A DNA stretch of 64,000 nucleotides, from NCBI GenBank assembly GCA_951406725.2, contig OX597817.1, forward strand, positions 47,368,001 through 47,432,000, read 5' to 3'. This document shows, piece by piece, positions 27,010 through 37,934 of this stretch. Made by a program: the position numbers and the translations under genes. Positions within the stretch are counted from its first letter, which is position 1; every line of letters begins with the position of its first letter. This DNA is from Octopus vulgaris (Eukaryota). Under the pieces are notes generated by a model. That model worked only from the letters and a program-made list of their open reading frames with translations, ran no database searches and was not told the origin of the DNA.

Positions 27010-27952
27010 TCTCTTATTCTTTTACTTGCTTTAGTCATTTGCATGCAGCCATACTGGAGCACCACCTTTAGTCAGACAGATCAACCGCTTCCTTCTAGGA
27101 TGTATTCTTTGTAAGCCTATTACTTATTCTATCAGTTTCTTTTGCTGAACCGCTAAGTTACAGGGATGCAAACACACCAACATCGGTTGTCAAGAGGTGG
27201 TGGGGAGACAAGCACACACACACATATATATATACAATGGGCTTCTTTCAGTTTCCATCTACTAAATCCACTCACAAGGCTTTGGTCAGCCCGAGGCTAT
27301 AGTAGAAGACACTTGCCCAAGGTGCCACACAGTGAGACTGAACCCAGAACCATGTGGTTGGTAAGCAAGCTACGAAGCTTTGTCAGTGAACAGGTCACAG
27401 TCTTAAAGTGACGAACATATTTTGACGAAAATATTTTCACTAATTAAATTTAAATGTTGAAGTGAATCTAACGGTTTTGTGTGTTTCTTAAATGGCTTAT
27501 AAACACCTTCCATGCTGCAATTGTATGTATATATATATATATATATACATTTATTATAATGGAATAATTACTATGAAGCATTGTGTAGAATACATTTCAA
27601 TCTCTAGAAAATGGGGTCATAACCCCGAAATATTGAATATAAGGTAAGTCTACATTAATTCAGATATTTGCTTTCTTGGGATTTACCTTGCATTTACTTC
27701 ACATTGTTTTGGCCTCATCCACAATCTTTTATACAATATACACACACACTTACAAATACACCCACCTATCAATACCACTACTTGCTCACTCTTCTATCCA
27801 ATTTCCATCTTCCATTCGCAAATACTTCCATTATACAAGAATTTTATTTGATGAACCAAAATTTGTAACACAATATATTTTATCTAAACACCATGAAAAA
27901 TATGTTTTTTTTTTTTGTCTTTTTTTTTTACAAGTGAGCATTGCATATTTAC

Positions 27953-28116
27953 CAGAATATCTGTCATGATCCTATAATCTTCAATCACATTGGATTTTGC
28001 TTCATTTATCCTTGTGACAAGACCCATTGCGACTCCAGCCACGGCTTCCTTAATTGGTACACCGGCATCCATTAGTGCAAGGCTGCCACCACAAATAGAA
28101 GCCATAGAAGAGGAAC
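27953..28116 (-). CDS. PNPT1: PNPT1 internal exon (164 nt): (G)[54 protein letters not shown]
   Basis: Contains the GSSSMAS phosphate-binding motif and the [16 protein letters not shown] motifs of PNPase. Acceptor gtttcag, donor gtaaat; phase 1 to 0. Confidence 0.97.
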
Positions 28117-28205
28117 CTGAAACAGCGAGAAGAAGAAGATGAAGAAATAATAATCTTTTCTATAGGCACAAGGTCAAAATTTGTAGGCGGGAGAATTAGT
28201 CCTCA

Positions 28206-28237
<32 letters not shown>

Positions 28238-28240
<3 letters not shown>

Positions 28241-28435
28241 AAGAGTTTACGAAAAAAAACAAAAGACAAAGACAGGTGGTGTACAAAACAAACAGATGTA
28301 TTAGTATAATGCTCAGGAATAAAAAAAAATATTTTACATTTCGAGCCTACACTCTTCTACAGAAAGGGACACAGAAAAAATCAAGGAGAGAAACAAGGAG
28401 AAAAAAAAATGTGTGTAGTGGCTAATGATCTATCA
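28238..28435 (-). mobile_element. Family H element with hammerhead (28331-28367)
   Basis: Minus strand: CTTT-CTGTAGA-A-GAGT-GTAG-GCTC-GAAAT-GTA-AAA. Confidence 0.75.
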
Positions 28436-28440
28436 TATAT

Positions 28441-29180
28441 ATTTTAAATAAAAATAATGAGGGTAGGAATTGATATCAATTAACATCAATTTAAACCAGT
28501 GGTCTAAGCATATTCAAAAAAATCTGAAGATTTAAAAATTATATTACAATTAATAAGAAGAATGACCACTTTTTGTGGTAAGGTGATTTGATGTCTATCT
28601 CTAGCGTATAGGAATCCACTTTAGTGATCATTCCTCTAATTAATTGTAATATAATTTTTTAATCTTCGAATCTTTTTTGAATATGCTAGACCACTGGTTT
28701 AAATTGATGTTAACTGATTGATATCAATTTCTACCCCCAGTATTTTAATTTAAAATAGCAATGTTCTTAAATCGGTAAATAACTGTGGTAATTTATTATC
28801 TGCAGGGTTATGTCTGGCACTAGCACACCAAAATGAAGACATTTGAAAAATACCACAAATATATTTTGTAGAACTGTGCATGAGTTTTCTTTCGAGAAAA
28901 CGTTTCTGTGTATAGTTCTGTGGAATATGTTTTGAAATATGACAGACTACGCTGAGGATTTACAGATACTTGCATCTTGCATTTTACATTTTGCAAGTAT
29001 TAATAAGGAAATCATGATACGTAGGTAATCGTTTGATTTTGTAAATTTTCATTTGCCTTGCTTATTTTTTACATATTGGCATTTGCTGGAGTTTTTTTTT
29101 TTTTCTTGAGAACACACTCTTTGTGGTAAGTCGATTTAATGTCTATTTCTAGCGTATAGGAATCCACTTTAGTGATCATT
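28441..29180 (+). mobile_element. Penelope-like non-autonomous element: foldback, hammerhead and terminal direct repeat
   Basis: Inverted arms 28441-28570 / 28624-28757; 28571-28630 repeated at 29120-29180; followed by (TA)n. Confidence 0.7.
28947..29024 (+). ncRNA. Type I hammerhead ribozyme (intact core)
   Basis: Stem I CTACG/CGTAG; core CTGAGGA; stem II TTTA..ATACTTGCA/TGCAAGTAT..TAAG; GAA; palindromic stem III ATCATGAT; predicted cleavage after A29019. Confidence 0.85.
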
Positions 29181-29285
29181 ATTAATATATATATATATAT
29201 AGTCAAAGAACAAACAATTAAAAAAACGGAGAAAATAATAAAACTACAAATGTAAGGATGTGCACAAGAAATATATTAATTTGAC

Positions 29286-29318
29286 ACACATTTTGAACAC
29301 AGCTCTTCATCAGAGAGA
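29286..29318 (-). ncRNA. Decayed hammerhead motif
   Basis: CTGATGA-A-GAGC-TGT-GTTC-AAAAT-G. CGAAACG appears to have become CAAAATG by two CpG-type transitions. Confidence 0.55.
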
Positions 29319-29465
29319 AAAGCCCAAAGAGAAAGACGGAAAAACAAGGAAAAATTGCCAACAATCCATGTGCAGTTATATTCCTGAAGCAAGCAGAAGA
29401 GGAAAGAGAAAGACAAAGTGGTTTCTGGGGCAGGAGAGTGTGAAGATAGTCAGTATGTGTGCATA

Positions 29466-29501
<36 letters not shown>

Positions 29502-29628
29502 ATTAATTAATAAGGGTGAGAGAATTAGATACTAATTTAATAGTATATTTATTCCACACCAAGTGGCCTAGTGCTACGAGAAACCTGGATTATTATAATA
29601 TTTTATAACATATTATAATATTTTCACA

Positions 29629-29833
29629 AAATAAATATAAGAGAGTGTTCACTATATTGATCACTCTAGCACCAGTTAATCCAAGAGGTTTCAACCACGA
29701 AAAATACATGTTTCCCATGAAAGTGTGAACTAACAGTCGTACCGGCTTTCATGGGAAACATGTATTTTTCGTGGTTGAAACCTCTTGGATTAACTGGTGC
29801 TAGAGTGATCAATATAGTGAACACTCTCTTATA

Positions 29834-29840
<7 letters not shown>
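29629..29840. repeat. Perfect 95-bp inverted repeat with 22-nt loop
   Basis: 29629-29723 is the exact reverse complement of 29746-29840; followed by (TA)n. Confidence 0.95.
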
Positions 29841-29891
<51 letters not shown>

Positions 29892-30022
29892 TAAATGTCA
29901 AATGAAAAGAATGAGTGCTCAACACCGCATTGGTGGGTATAATTTCTGTATTGTGAATTAAGGCCACCATTAGTTTCATGTTAAGAAACCTAGGAAAACA
30001 TCTATATATGTATGAAAGTATG

Positions 30023-30061
<39 letters not shown>

Positions 30062-30065
<4 letters not shown>

Positions 30066-30255
30066 AGAGAATTCACAGAAAAAAAAAAAGGTGACAGCAG
30101 GTAGTGTAGACAACAAACAGATGTATTAGTTTAATGCTCGGGAAGTGAAAACGTCTTTAACATTTCGAGCCTGTGCTCTTCCACAGAAAAGAACACCGAA
30201 AGAAACAAGGAGATAAAATAAAGAATGTGTAGTGGCTAGCGATCTATCATGGTGA
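30062..30255 (-). mobile_element. Family H element with hammerhead (30154-30190)
   Basis: Minus strand: TTTT-CTGTGGA-A-GAGC-ACAG-GCTC-GAAAT-GTT-AAAG. Confidence 0.75.
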
Positions 30256-30272
30256 ATATGTGTGTATGTATA

Positions 30273-30339
<67 letters not shown>

Positions 30340-30740
30340 CCATATGTGCTCCCATATGTTTTCAGTACATTCAAATGTAAAGTGTGGAAGATATTTTTGG
30401 CCTCATTTACAGCAATTTTTCTTTGTCATTTTTTTCTTTTTACTTTTTTCTTTTTTTAAATAAAATATATTGAAACAGGAAAAACAATTGTTTGAAAGTT
30501 AAAAAACGAAAAATAAAAAGTAGTTTTTATTTAGAATCTCAAACATCTCCATGTTTGCATTTGAACAAAAAAATATGACAGTTAGAAATTGTGCCACCAC
30601 TCCATCATGGTAGAGAAAAAAAAAACAATTTGTGTATGGTAGGGAACGGATGCAGGCTATGTGCGTATGGTTTTTGAAAGCGGGGTATGTTTGTCTTTGT
30701 TTTTTCGTTGTTTTCTTTCTTTATCTCTCTCTCTCTCTCT

Positions 30741-30772
<32 letters not shown>

Positions 30773-31553
30773 TTTCAGAGAATCTTTCACTGAATCCCAA
30801 GTGAAGTGTATGATTAGCCATTTTGCAACACACAATTGGATTTTAGATCACAAATTTAGACTTGCTTACGGCAAAAGCTGAAGTGATGTTAACTGACAGT
30901 ATGATATTAAAATAAGTTTCTTGAAAAATTAACGAGGAAATTATTATTATGGAAGCTGAAAAGTAAAACAGTTGTATTTCAAAAATGTGCTTCTAGTAAA
31001 ATTCCTTTACATCTATAAATTTTTCTTTTATTCCATTTTTAAAAAAATTTTTAGGCTGACAGAAAAACAAGCAATTTTTTGCTGTTGTTGTTTATATTCA
31101 TTCGTTATCAAGTCTTCCTAGATTATGGCGATAGAGAAAACTAGGTGAGATTATCATGTTAACCTACTAACTGTGCGTGGATTACTGGTTATTTCAAGGA
31201 TATATGGAGAATGGATGAAAGTTCTAGAGCTTTTTCCATTTGCGGTACATTTTATTCTTTTCTTTGTTTCAGTTATTTGGCTGTGTGTAGAGACAAACTG
31301 CTAAGTTACAGGGATGTAAACACACAACCATCGGTTGTCAAGCGATGTTGGGGGGGGGGGGGACAAACACAGACACACAAACATATTCCCACATATATAT
31401 ACATATATACAACGGGCTTCTTTCAGTTTCCATTTACCAAATCCACTCACAAGTCTTTGGTTGGCCCGAGGCTATAGTAGAAGACACTTGCCCAAGGTGC
31501 CACACAGTGGGACTGAACCTGGAACCATGTGGTTGGTAAGCAAGCTACTTACC

Positions 31554-31870
31554 TATTTCTTTACTACCCACAAGGGGCTAAACACAGAGGGGACAAACAA
31601 GGACAGACAAATGGATTAAGTCGATTACGTCGACCCCAGACGAAATATGGCAAAAGCATATAAGAAGAGGGAAATGATAATGTTGGAGGCTGGAATTATG
31701 GTGGATGCATACCGTGAGGATGTGGCAAATAACTGGTACTTAATTTATCGACCACGAAAGGATGAAAGAGAAAGTCAACCTAGGCAGAATTTGAACCCAG
31801 AACGTAGCAGCAGACGAAATCCTGCTAAGCATTTCCCCCGGCGTGCCAATGTTTCTGCCCGCTCGCCGCC
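31554..31870 (-). mobile_element. Family A SINE nested in a family B SINE, carrying a 90-bp insert
   Basis: cttacc duplication on both sides; insert at 31642-31732. Confidence 0.8.
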
Positions 31871-32011
31871 TTACCATACAGCCACTCATTCGGTGGCTCA
31901 ACTGAACTAAAAATATAGCTAAAAGTATAGGGAAAAAGATCATATTCAGGTCACACTGTGGCACACCTAGCATTAAATCCAAGTTACTTGTAGCAGAGCA
32001 ATGTTCTAGAG

Positions 32012-32525
32012 AAATGTTTCTCAACCATTCTTCACCTATGGTCCCTATTGATTTCTATTTTACTTAGGTAGACCCTAATAGCCATTTGCAGTTTTAAAAA
32101 AGCCTATTATATTTTTAGAACTAAATAGTATTAGGAACTGTATTAAAAAAAATTGTTATAATATTTTGGGTATCATCGAAGTATATATTTCTTTATTGCC
32201 CACAAGGGGCTAAACATAGAGGGGACAAACAAGGACAGATAAACGGATTAAGTCGATTACATCGATCCCCAGTGTGGAACTGGTACTTTATTTATCGACC
32301 CCGAAAGGATGAAAGGCAAAGTCGATCTCAGCGGAATTTGAACTCACAACGTAACGACAGATGAAATACCGCTAAGCATTTCGCCTGGCGCGCTAACGTA
32401 TCTGCCAGCTCGCCGCCATATCATTGAAGTATAACCAGTTTGGTGTATCGTAGAAGCATCGCCAATTTCTTACACATAAATTTTGACAAAAAACATCTTT
32501 TATGAACCCCTGTTGGGAATCACTG
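32012..32525. mobile_element. hAT (Charlie-like) non-autonomous DNA transposon with a nested family A SINE (32186-32418)
   Basis: Ends tgtttctcaac ... gttgggaatcactg; 8-bp TSD-like ttctagag/ttccaggg; SINE TSD tatcatygaagtata. Related copies near 52655-53000 and 56830-57440. Confidence 0.7.
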
Positions 32526-33728
32526 TTCCAGGGGAATGTGGTTCTGGGAAAGGATTTCATTTGATTATGTCCTCATTCTTATTTCTTTACTCTCTCTTTA
32601 ACTTGTTTCAGTCACTTGACTGTGGCCATGCTGGAGCACCGCCTTTAGTCGAAGAAATTGACCCCAGGACTTATTCTTTGTAAGCCTAGTACTTATTCTA
32701 TCGGTCTCTTTTGCCGAACCGCTAAGTTATGGGAACGTAAACACACCACCATCAGTTGTCAAGCGATGTTGAGGGACAGACACGGACACAAACACATATA
32801 TGACGGGCTTCTTTCTGTGTCCATCTACTAAATCCACTCACAAGGTTTTAGTTCATCACCTGACACAAGATCACTTCCTCCAATGCCCCTTCCCCCTCTC
32901 AAAAGATCTTTATCTTGCAAGTTACTTGGCAACCCTGCCAGTGCCGGTGCCATATAAAAAGTGTCTAATCCACATTGTAAAAGTGGTTGGCATTTGGAAG
33001 GGCACCCAGCCATAAAAACCATGCTAAAACTGACCTCACCTGTGTTCAAGCCATGTAAAAAGACCTCATTCCATTCTGCAGGGTGGTTGGTGTTAGGAAG
33101 GGGCATTGAGCCATAAAAAAAAAGTAACTATGCCAAAACAGACACAGAAGTCTGGTGCAGTCTTCCCCCTGGCCACCACCTGTCAAACCATTCAACCCAT
33201 GCTAGCATGGAAAGCAGGCATTAAAGAATGATGATGATGATGATGATAAACAACCTCATTATCATCATTCAACGTTTGTGTTATATGCTGACATGGGTTG
33301 GATGGTTTGAGAGAATCGGGCAAACTACAAGGCCTCATCAAGCGCCAATGTCAACTTTGGCATGTTTTCTATAGCAGGATGCCCTTCGTAATGCCCACTA
33401 CAGTGTAATGGGTGCGATTTTCATGCCCCTGGCACCAGTGTGGTTACCAAGTAACTTGCAAGACAAGAAAAAACACGAACAAGAAAATAGGTAAAAGCCC
33501 TTTCAAATAGGGAGTATTTGAGAGTGGTGGCAGTGGTCCTGTGGAAGGTATTGAGAGGCTATAGTAGAAGATATTTGCCCAAAGTGCTGCACAGTGAGAT
33601 TGAACCCAAAACCACACAGTACCAAAACAAGCTTCTTAACCTCACACCCATTCATGTGTCATTTAGATGGGGGTTTTTTTCACATTTAAAAAAAAGGCAA
33701 ATTATATAGAATAACACAAAGATACATA

Positions 33729-33890
33729 CCATATTTTAACATGTATTAAGAACCCCTTAATTTTGGGGACTTAAAATTTGGAAAAAAGGCTTTCTAAGGG
33801 ATTATAATGCTATCCATGTATAAGAAACTCTAATATTTTTTAACCTAATTTTTGACAAAAAAAGGGTTCCTTATACTTGTTAAAATATGA
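33729..33890. mobile_element. Tc1/mariner-type MITE
   Basis: ~28-bp TIRs ccatattttaacatgtattaagaaccc / gggttccttatacttgttaaaatatga, flanked by TA. Confidence 0.7.
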
Positions 33891-34885
33891 TAAATATGTT
33901 CTGTTGTGGTGGTCTAAGATTTCAGTGGAAATATGGCAAAAGCATATAAGAAGAGAGAAATGTTGTAGGCTGAAATTATGGTGGATGCATGCAGTGAGGA
34001 TGTGGTAAATAATATTGAGGATAAGAAGAAAATATATAAATGGAGAAGAAAAAGAGGAAATAAGGGAAAACATTGAGATAGAATAAAATCCATTAATTTG
34101 AAGAGGAATTATGGAATTACAGAATGAGACATATAAGAAATAAAAGAGAGAGGGGTAGAGAGACTGAAATCTATCAAATGAACTGTGGAAGACTAAATAT
34201 CACAGACAGACAGACAGAAAGAGAGAAGGATTGAAAGAAAAGAGGGAAAGAGGATAAAGAGAACAAAAGAAAAATAGAAAGAGCAAAAGAAAGAGTGAAA
34301 GAAAGGAAGAAAGAAACAAAAAATGAAGAAACAAGAATGAAAGACAGGAAACCTATGAAAGGATAAAAAGAACAAAAGGAAAAAGTGAAAGAAAGAGAGA
34401 GAGAGAAGGAAAGAGAGAAGGAAGGAAGAAAGGAAAGAATGAATGAAAAAGTGAAAGAAAGAAAGAACAAAAATGGAAGCAAAAAATTAAAAAATGAAAG
34501 AAATAAGAAAAGGAAAAATGCAACATTTCAGTGAAGGAAAAAAAAGTATGAAAGATTACAATTTTCAATCTATTTATCAATTCCATCCTGGATAGGAATA
34601 ACAGAACATTCTAAGAGAAGAAAAGAAAAGTAAGCTTAAATGCAAGCACGCACGCAGGTACACACAGACACACACAATATTGTTTTTGTTTTTTCCTTTT
34701 TTTCTTTTTTTAAATAACCAGTTGAAATAAAACATTAAACAACTTTCTGAATGGTTTTAAATGTAGAAATAAAACTGAACAAAAAGAAAAAAAAATGGCA
34801 ACGACAACAAGACAACTGTTCATAAATAAAAATAGAAAACAACATATAAACATATATATATATAAATTTACCCTAAAAAACAGCT

Positions 34886-34902
34886 TAATAATAATAATAA
34901 TA

Positions 34903-34934
<32 letters not shown>

Positions 34935-35016
34935 GTGAATAATAATAATAATAATAACAATAATAATAATAATAATAATGATGATGATGATGATAATAAT
35001 AATAATAATAATAATG

Positions 35017-35048
<32 letters not shown>
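34886..35048. repeat. (AAT)n/(GAT)n microsatellite
   Basis: Direct reading. Confidence 0.95.
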
Positions 35049-35049
<1 letters not shown>

Positions 35050-36309
35050 GCGATGAATAAGTAAATAGATAAGAAATGTAAAAGAAGACATTTTTCGTTC
35101 GCAGAAAAAGAAGAGGATAGAAAATTTCATTTCATTCTTTTTTTTCTTTCCTTCTTTCTTTTTTCTGTTACTAAAAGAAAAGCTAATTTATAATATAGGG
35201 AACATTTTCAATTGAAGGAGAAAATTACAGGTAGGGGAGGGAGGGAGGGGAAGAGAAAGAGAAAGAGCAAGAGAGTGTAAAACAAAAGATAGTAGTAGTA
35301 GTAGTAGTAACAAAATTGGTTTAGGAACCATCAAGATAGAACAGTTTCATCGTTTGAGTCATATAGACGGTATCTTAGTATGATATGATAAATACCCATA
35401 TGAAGTAGCTAGTTTGGTTTTGTTGATTTTTTCTTTATTTTTGTGGTTTTTTGGGTTTTTTTTTTTGTATTCGTGTGTCCTGTCTAGTAGTAGAAAGACC
35501 CGTCCAGCCACAGATTCTGATTGAAATGATAAATCTAAGTGACATTTTGTCCTCCCACTAAATATTATATTTGAAGAAGTATATTTCGTTAATAAAATAA
35601 TGGGTACGACGAAACGGAAGGACGGAAAGTAATAATGCGTGAGCGGATGTTTATGAGTCTCTGTCTGTGTGTCTGTAAGTATCCGCATGCATATACAGGC
35701 ACTCAAATATATGTACACTTATAACAAAATGCCAGCATATATATGTATATATATACACACACACACATATATATATATATTATATACACACACGCATGCA
35801 CACACACACACACTCATATATATAGTTATGTTATATTCCGTTAGAAACATGGCAGAGTACAATATATATATATACATACGTTTGTATACAAAGTGTATGT
35901 GTGAGTCTGTGCGTATGTACTTGACCACTGAATACTAAAGGTCAGCTTAAGAAATTAACATGTGTAGCCAACCATGAAGAACAGATCAGAAATACAGCCA
36001 AATAGAGGACCAATCCAATTTAAATACCAGCCAGTACCATCTACTACCAATCATAGCAGTCTGACAAACCTGTTCCCGCGGCACATACCATGGGTATCTC
36101 AGCTGCTATTAAATTCAAACAGCGAAGATGAACTTGAAGTCAATGATTTTAAAGTAACAGAGACATCACTCATATATCATCTGAGGAAATACAACAATTG
36201 TAGTGAATAATAAATAAATGGCCAATCATATTCCTTCTCCTTGACTCCAATTTCTTTAATTATATATATATATGTATGCATGTATGTATATATATATATA
36301 TATATATAT

Positions 36310-36525
36310 CAGATCGCCATGTTGAATCGCTAGCTTCTACACGCATTTTTTTCTCTCCTTGTTTCTCTCCGTGTTTCTTTTCTGTGTATCTTTCTGTTGA
36401 AGAGCGTAGGCTCGAAACGTAAAAGACTTGTTTTATTTATATTCCTGAGCACCATACTAATACAATTGTTTGTTTGTACTCCACCTGCCTTCGTCTTTTG
36501 TTTATTTTCATAAAGCTTCCCGTTA
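36310..36525 (+). mobile_element. Family H element, best-preserved copy, (TA)n on both sides
   Basis: Full ~215-bp unit between TA tracts; contains the hammerhead at 36389-36426. Confidence 0.8.
36389..36426 (+). ncRNA. Minimal type I hammerhead with variant core CUGUUGA
   Basis: Stem I TCTTT/AAAGA; CTGTTGA-A; stem II GAGC-GTAG-GCTC; GAAAC-GTA with palindromic ACGT stem III. Confidence 0.75.
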
Positions 36526-37734
36526 TATATATATATATATATATAAAAACAGTACTGCCTGATTGGCACTTGTGCCACTGGAATGATAAAAGCACATCTG
36601 AGCATGGTTTGTAACCAGCCCACTTATGAGTACCCCTCATTCATTGTACAATAAACTTTGCTTGTGAAGATCTATTGAGACAAGTGAAAGCGAAATCAAA
36701 ATCATTGACATGGCCAATGACAGTACCACCTGATTGGCACTCATGCCAGTGGAACGTTAGTTGCTCAAATTTATAGAAAACAAAAGACGAAGACAGGTGT
36801 ATAAACAACAAGCAGGTGTATTAGTTTAATGCTCGGAAAGAATGGAAAAGTCTGCAATATTTTGAGCATACACTCTTCAACAGAAAGGATAAAGAAGCAA
36901 AGAACAGAGACAAAAAAATATGCACAGCATATAATAATACAACATACATTGGTTAATCTATGTGCATATGAATGACCATAGGATCGCACCTAGAAAGTTC
37001 CCTTCCAACCAAGGTTGTTTATGGAAGACTAGCAGTCGCCTATGCATACAAGTCTCCCTTCTCCGCACCACCAATGTTATCCAAGGGAAAGGCGAAGGTT
37101 GATACAGCTTGGCACCAGTGGCATTAGAACTCATTCCTACAGTTGAGTGAACAGTAGCGACGTGAAATAAAGTGTCTTGCTCAAAAACACAACACACAGC
37201 CTGGTCCAGGAATTGAACTCGCTACCTCATGATTGTGAACCTGATGTTCTAACCACTGAGCCATGCGCCACAAACACAGACACACACATACATACACACA
37301 TGTATATAGATAGATAATATATAAACACATGCATGTAAAAGATACACCTATAACAGGCTGAGTTAAGTACATCAACATCAGCAATATCAAAATCAAATCA
37401 AATGGAAATTGTAGTTGTGAGCCCTGTGCCAGTAGCACGTAAAAAGTACTGTCCGAACGTGCCCGATGTCAGTGCAGCCTTGACTGGTTTATATGCTGGT
37501 AGCACATAAAAAGCACCATCCAATCATGATCGATGCCAGGTCCTCTGGCCCCTTGTGCCAGTGGCACGTAAAAAGCACCCACTACACCCTCGGAGTGGTT
37601 GGCGTTAGGAAGGGCACCCAGCTGTAGAGTCACTGCCAGATAGATTGGGGCCTGGTGCAGCCTCCTGGCTTCTCAGGCCCCAATCAAACCGTCCAACCCA
37701 TGCCAGCATGGAAAACGAACGTTAAACGATGATG

Positions 37735-37791
<57 letters not shown>

Positions 37792-37889
37792 TACATATGT
37801 ACACATTTCCAAAGAAACAATGATTAAACAGACACTTGACTTGTGTAAATCACCCTCTCAGAAAGGCAAATAAACTCACAAAGAACACC

Positions 37890-37934
<45 letters not shown>

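Noticed and set aside
30779-30881. Plus-strand acceptor followed by FTESQVKC, resembling CDK10/11 kinases
   Set aside because: Similarity stops after 8 residues, with no HRD/DFG motifs or partner exons. The pyrimidine tract is a (CT)n microsatellite.
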